Assembly (NCBI GenBank): GCA_002633005.1
Contig: NMRA01000445.1
Span: 254,402-318,401 of the forward strand
Direction of reading: 5' to 3'
Length of the DNA: 64,000 nt
From: Phoronis australis
Lineage: Eukaryota; Animalia; Phoronida
A program made the position numbers and the translations under genes. This document shows, piece by piece, positions 59,571 to 64,000 of the stretch (its first letter is position 1; every line of letters begins with the position of its first letter). Below the pieces are notes generated by a model, which was not told the DNA's origin, ran no database searches, and saw only the letters and a list, made by a program, of their open reading frames with translations.

Positions 59571-60620
59571 CCAGACTCAACTGGCAGGACCGGTCCCAGT
59601 CCTGTTGTCACCGGGACACGGTCAAGATTTTGAGAACAGAACTGTCAACAGCTCGGCAAGCGAGACGGGCAGCTATTTCGAAATAATCCGACTGAGATCG
59701 ATAGAGTGGCAACCCGAACATTCGTCCCCGACGATCTACGAACACAATCCTTCAACACAGAATTGTCTAAACAGCAACATTCAGGACTACGGTCTGATAT
59801 TATTGACTTGTAATGTTCGGGGAAATTTGAGCAGCCAAACACAGCTGAGATTTGCCAATACCTTGTACGGAGCCACCGGCTGTCTTACCTGCCAACTTCA
59901 GGCCACACAGCTGATTGCCGAAAAGGGAACCTATCAACCGTCGTGAAAATACAGAGCGCCATCTGTCGAAAAATGCGGAAGTAGCGGGGTTCTTGACACT
60001 CCAGCGGATCAAGTTGGCAGAAAAAATGTTAAATGTTCTCGACGTTCTAGACAAGAATTGTGACCCAATATNAAGTCGAATGTGGTAATAAAATTCGTGC
60101 AAAATAAGACGAAATCAGCCATGAAAGAAACATGGAAATAGCTTTTACAAGACTTTGTCCGTGTCCTGGAATCATGGAATGCCCTGATAAATATCTGAAA
60201 CCTTTTTGTATATAATACGCCCTCGGCCAACCTGTGACTTTGGTATTAACAAAAATGTCATTTATTAATGTAGAATGCAGAAAAAATCCATTAAAGGCTT
60301 TTGTCACCAGAGTTTTGAAAAACAATAGAGAGAGTAGGGTTTACTATTCAAGCATGAAATCTGTGGTAGGCCTACTTTAGGAAAACACGAAAAATGGCAC
60401 TTAGTACAGTTACAACGCCCGTAAACTGTATATCAATTATTAGTTTGTTACAATAAATTTTGGAAAAATGTGAATTTGAAGGCCAACTAGTGGCTTGCAT
60501 GAAACTTAAACGTTATGTTTGTTTCCCCAATCCCCCTACTGAGATCTGAACTATTTAGGAGCATATTTGATAGTTCAGACAATGGGATATTTTCTATAAA
60601 GTTTCCTTAGTTGAGTCCGG
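59571..60620. mobile_element. Possible non-autonomous TIR element between GDPD copies 2 and 3
   Basis: CCAGACTCAACT ... AGTTGAGTCCGG (11/12); GGGACACGGTCAA / TTGTCCGTGTCCTGG internal inverted motif; no clear TSD. Confidence 0.4.
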
Positions 60621-62752
60621 CATCACCGTTTGCGAGTTGTTCAGTTAGCTAGCCTTGTGTTTAATTTTTAAGCGCACGTATGGTGACGTCAGTGTTTGCT
60701 TCGAATTTGTAAATGCCATCGTCTTGGGGATTTCATAACTCAGAGTAATGGAGCCGGAGGTACAACAGAACTGTCATGCTGGGTTAAATATTAATTTCGG
60801 AAGCAAAAAGTTAATAAAATTACATTCATGCACTGAAAATGGTATGTGCAATTATCATGGGAAACACATTGTCAAAATCCACTGAAAGCAAAACGCCATA
60901 GGAACGTATAGTACACGTCGGCAGTAGGCTACACGGCAGAATTTAGATAATCTTTCAGATTGTGCAGCGAAATAGTACAAATTTGAGTCATGCAGCGGCA
61001 CAACCATGCAGCCATGGCAAACCCGCATCTACGGTAATGAAACTGCGAATGATGGAAACTATGGTTCTTTCGACAAACAGGCACAAACCTGTACGGCTAT
61101 TTGTCGTATTTGTTTGCCTGGTTTCGCCCGCAATAAAAACGACTTCCTTTACAGCTGGTGATAAATGATCATGTAGACAACAACAACACCCAGACCCAAC
61201 TTCATGATTGGTTTTCTAGAATGTTCTCAATGCTCAAGATGTAAGATTTCAGGTAAATCCGGCACTGAACGGACAATTACAATCTGTATCATAAGAGATT
61301 GTTTCCGATTAGCATAAAATGAACTCAAGCACAAACCAAAAATTAATACTGACGTGTTCATTGATGCTTTCAGTAGGCCTACACTTTTGCCGAGTTACAG
61401 TCTATAGTTTTACAGATATTTGGCAAAATGACCAAACTTTTCAATTACGTCCAACATGATAACCTTTGCTACGTAATGATTGTCAGCACATCACTGATTA
61501 TTAGTAACGTACAAATCATCCAACCATGCAATTATACTAATTGTAGCCATATTCTGAAGAGGCTGAGTACTCGGTTGAAATGCGCGATTAAAATATTTTT
61601 TAGAAACAGTTATTTGGAGTTTAAGTCTCATTTAAGTCTTAACCCGTTTTTCATAACATGTACCCCATGGTTTTATAGAATTTTTACCGCACCTTATATG
61701 TACATGTAGTTTTGACGAAAAGGTAAGGTATTACCCAAACATATCCAGAACAATTTGACATCCTCCTACTTTTTAGTAAAAAATTTAGTGCTACACCGCA
61801 GATTTCTTGGCCAAAGGCTCGTTAGCATAACATAGACATGTTTCCTCAAAGAACAAGTACACTCCTCAAAATTCGACAGCTAATTTTTGAGGGAGCAGGG
61901 GGCGCCCTCCTGCCATCATGACCAAACATGATGTCGACATCGAATTTTGAGTTATCGTGAATTAAATGTGGTGCCCCCTCCCTCTCGTGATAGAACCACC
62001 AATATCATTGCGCATGTTGTGGTGAATTCCCTTGATGCTCCACTTCGGTAGAAATTAAGCGAAAAACACACTGGGGTCCTGGATACGACTCATTTATTGT
62101 ACTCCTCAACCGGAACTGCCAATACGCAGCAGGCCACAACTCATATGAAACACAATCGCAGTTTACCTAACAATAGTTTGTATACAAATCCCAATTGACC
62201 CTTATATTTACATATAAACAGACTGAGTTACAACAGCACTCACTCACATTTTAATTTCAACGGTCTATTATTCATTTCGCGATCATTAATGTACCCGATT
62301 GCACAGCCAGACTGAAAACAGACTGGTAGTTCTGAAATCGCACAGTACAACAATTCTGATTTTTACGAGTCATGTCCACGCTTCTTCGCTTTCACATGTA
62401 CTAGTAAAGACATCTCATATCCTTACAATTGTGTGATTCATCACTGTAAACGTGATTCTGGATGCGCGATACTCTTCCCTCATTAATCAACTCAGGAGTG
62501 CCTGCCATTTTGAAGTGTGTGAGTAATGCCGGGCAGTGCATTTTTACCGCCACGAGAGGAGAGTTCGATCCAGGGTGGGTCTATTTCATTTGACGTTTTA
62601 GAGCAGAACCAGTGTCTTTCCAGGCTCGTTAAAGACCACTATGAATCACAAAATATATAACAACCATTATACTATTATATTGACACTGTGCTAGGTTTAT
62701 ACGCACACAGTTTCCCCTTTACTGGCATAACTGTCCCACTTAGTAACTATAC

Positions 62753-63691
62753 TCAATGGCTATGAAACTTTGAGGGGAAGTCGGTTATGATACCGGAAAC
62801 GTTATAATGTTTCGCAAGGGCGTACTGTTCTTCGGTGTTAATGACCCAAAGAAACACACGAATACCGCGCTTCTTCAAGTGGAAAAAAAGAAGGCGATTC
62901 ATCAAGATGAGGTCAAGGAAAAGATACAACGGATACCTCGCCAGTCTTCGTATAGCAGACATCTTTCTTTTATCCCGCAAATACATTCGAGGAATTGAAA
63001 TTTCCAGGCAGTGTTCCTTTAGCGGTAGAAATGGAAGCAGACCGGTATAAAAAGCGGCAACCAGGGCAATTATACGTTTCAATGAAAACATTAAAGGGAT
63101 ACGGGGGTTTGCCTTGTAGCATTTCCCTGCAACAGTAGCGGACTTATTCCCCCACACTGTGATTTCCTCTCGATTGAATTCCGCGATCAGATCTCTGACC
63201 TTCTCTATAAGAAGGTCATTGTCTACTTTAACATCGACATTTATGGGAGTGTTCGGGAATTCCTTAAACAGTTCGCGTAGCGTGATTATTCTCCTATCGC
63301 CATTACCTTCAGTCACGTGAACGTAGCCAAACTGAGAGTAAAGCTCTAGGTCCGGCAATAACATCGGCAAATTCTCGAAATCGGTCTCAGAAATTCTGAC
63401 ATCCTGCCCCGTGACTCGCTTTAAATCATCGTCATGTGACACGACGACATGGCCATCTTTGGATAGCTGAGTGTCAATCTCCAGCATTTCCGTTTCCATG
63501 GCAACCGCGTGCTTAAAGGCGCTTAGAGTGCTTTCCAAATTCTCGCCAGCTCCCCCGCGGTGACTAATGTGGCGCGCGACAAACTTCAGCTGCTTCTTGG
63601 CGTGCACCAGGTGCGGAAGGAAGAAGAAAATGACGGACGTTATGATGTAGCCAAGTACAATAGTCGATACTATGGCTATGACCACTGCCAT
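62753..63691 (-). CDS. Lysophospholipase D GDPD1/GDPD3-like, copy 3, intron-free CDS, 312 aa
   Basis: HISHRGGAGENLEST, LEIDTQLSKDGHVVVSHD, FYTGLLPF, GIITDFP; visibly closest to copy 2; acceptor ttgttttag|gtcATG. Confidence 0.92.
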   Translation of the reverse strand: MAVVIAIVSTIVLGYIITSVIFFFLPHLVHAKKQLKFVARHISHRGGAGENLESTLSAFKHAVAMETEMLEIDTQLSKDGHVVVSHDDDLKRVTGQDVRISETDFENLPMLLPDLELYSQFGYVHVTEGNGDRRIITLRELFKEFPNTPINVDVKVDNDLLIEKVRDLIAEFNREEITVWGNKSATVAGKCYKANPRIPLMFSLKRIIALVAAFYTGLLPFLPLKEHCLEISIPRMYLRDKRKMSAIRRLARYPLYLFLDLILMNRLLFFHLKKRGIRVFLWVINTEEQYALAKHYNVSGIITDFPSKFHSH

Positions 63692-64000
63692 GACCTAAAA
63701 CAAAAATAAATATTATTAAAACGCATAACAAGATAATCCTGCTTATAATGTGAGCATAATTTAACTTAACGTGTACTAGAACTAAACGGCAACATAATGG
63801 CTGAAGTTCAGCTCCCAGTGCGCTAAGGGTGCGAACCACAGCAAGAGAAGCATGCGGGGAGTTCTGTCCGTCATTGATTTTGGAGATTTATGTTAAAACA
63901 AAGACAGTTTTGCGTAAAAAATAGAAGCATTTTAACGAAAGACTCTGAACAACCGTTGGAGTGTCGTCTGAAATCAAATTTCCGTTATTTTTTGTCAACT

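Noticed and set aside
50873-63691. Bacterial horizontal origin of the intronless GDPD genes
   Set aside because: The N-terminal TM helix and FYTGLLPF segment are typical of animal GDPD1/3, not bacterial GlpQ/UgpQ; a gene tree would settle it.

Overview
Eukaryotic (metazoan) genomic DNA: AT-rich, spliceosomal introns, one assembly gap, many small non-autonomous DNA elements. A marine invertebrate is my inference; the species cannot be fixed from sequence. Hand splicing gives (1) a complete 23-coding-exon SMC5 gene on + (9975-31448, 1053 aa); (2) a convergent 14-coding-exon FAM227/FWWh-domain gene on - (46319-32638, 610 aa) whose frame needs two minor-spliceosome (U12) introns, one AT-AC and one GT-AG; (3) three GDPD1/GDPD3-like lysophospholipase D paralogues with intron-free CDS, each with a splice acceptor 3-4 nt before the ATG; (4) probable 5' exons of an unidentified minus-strand gene leaving the window on the left, under a cluster of RFX X-boxes. 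Non-genic highlights are two Penelope-like retroelement remnants with GIY-YIG C-termini and minimal hammerhead ribozyme motifs, a CAGGG-ended element with a 5-bp TSD, and a 59-bp CCAAT/E-box hairpin minisatellite that supplies the FAM227-like stop codon. No prokaryotic system, CRISPR array, rRNA or intact tRNA was seen. All models are by eye, without RNA-seq or database searches.
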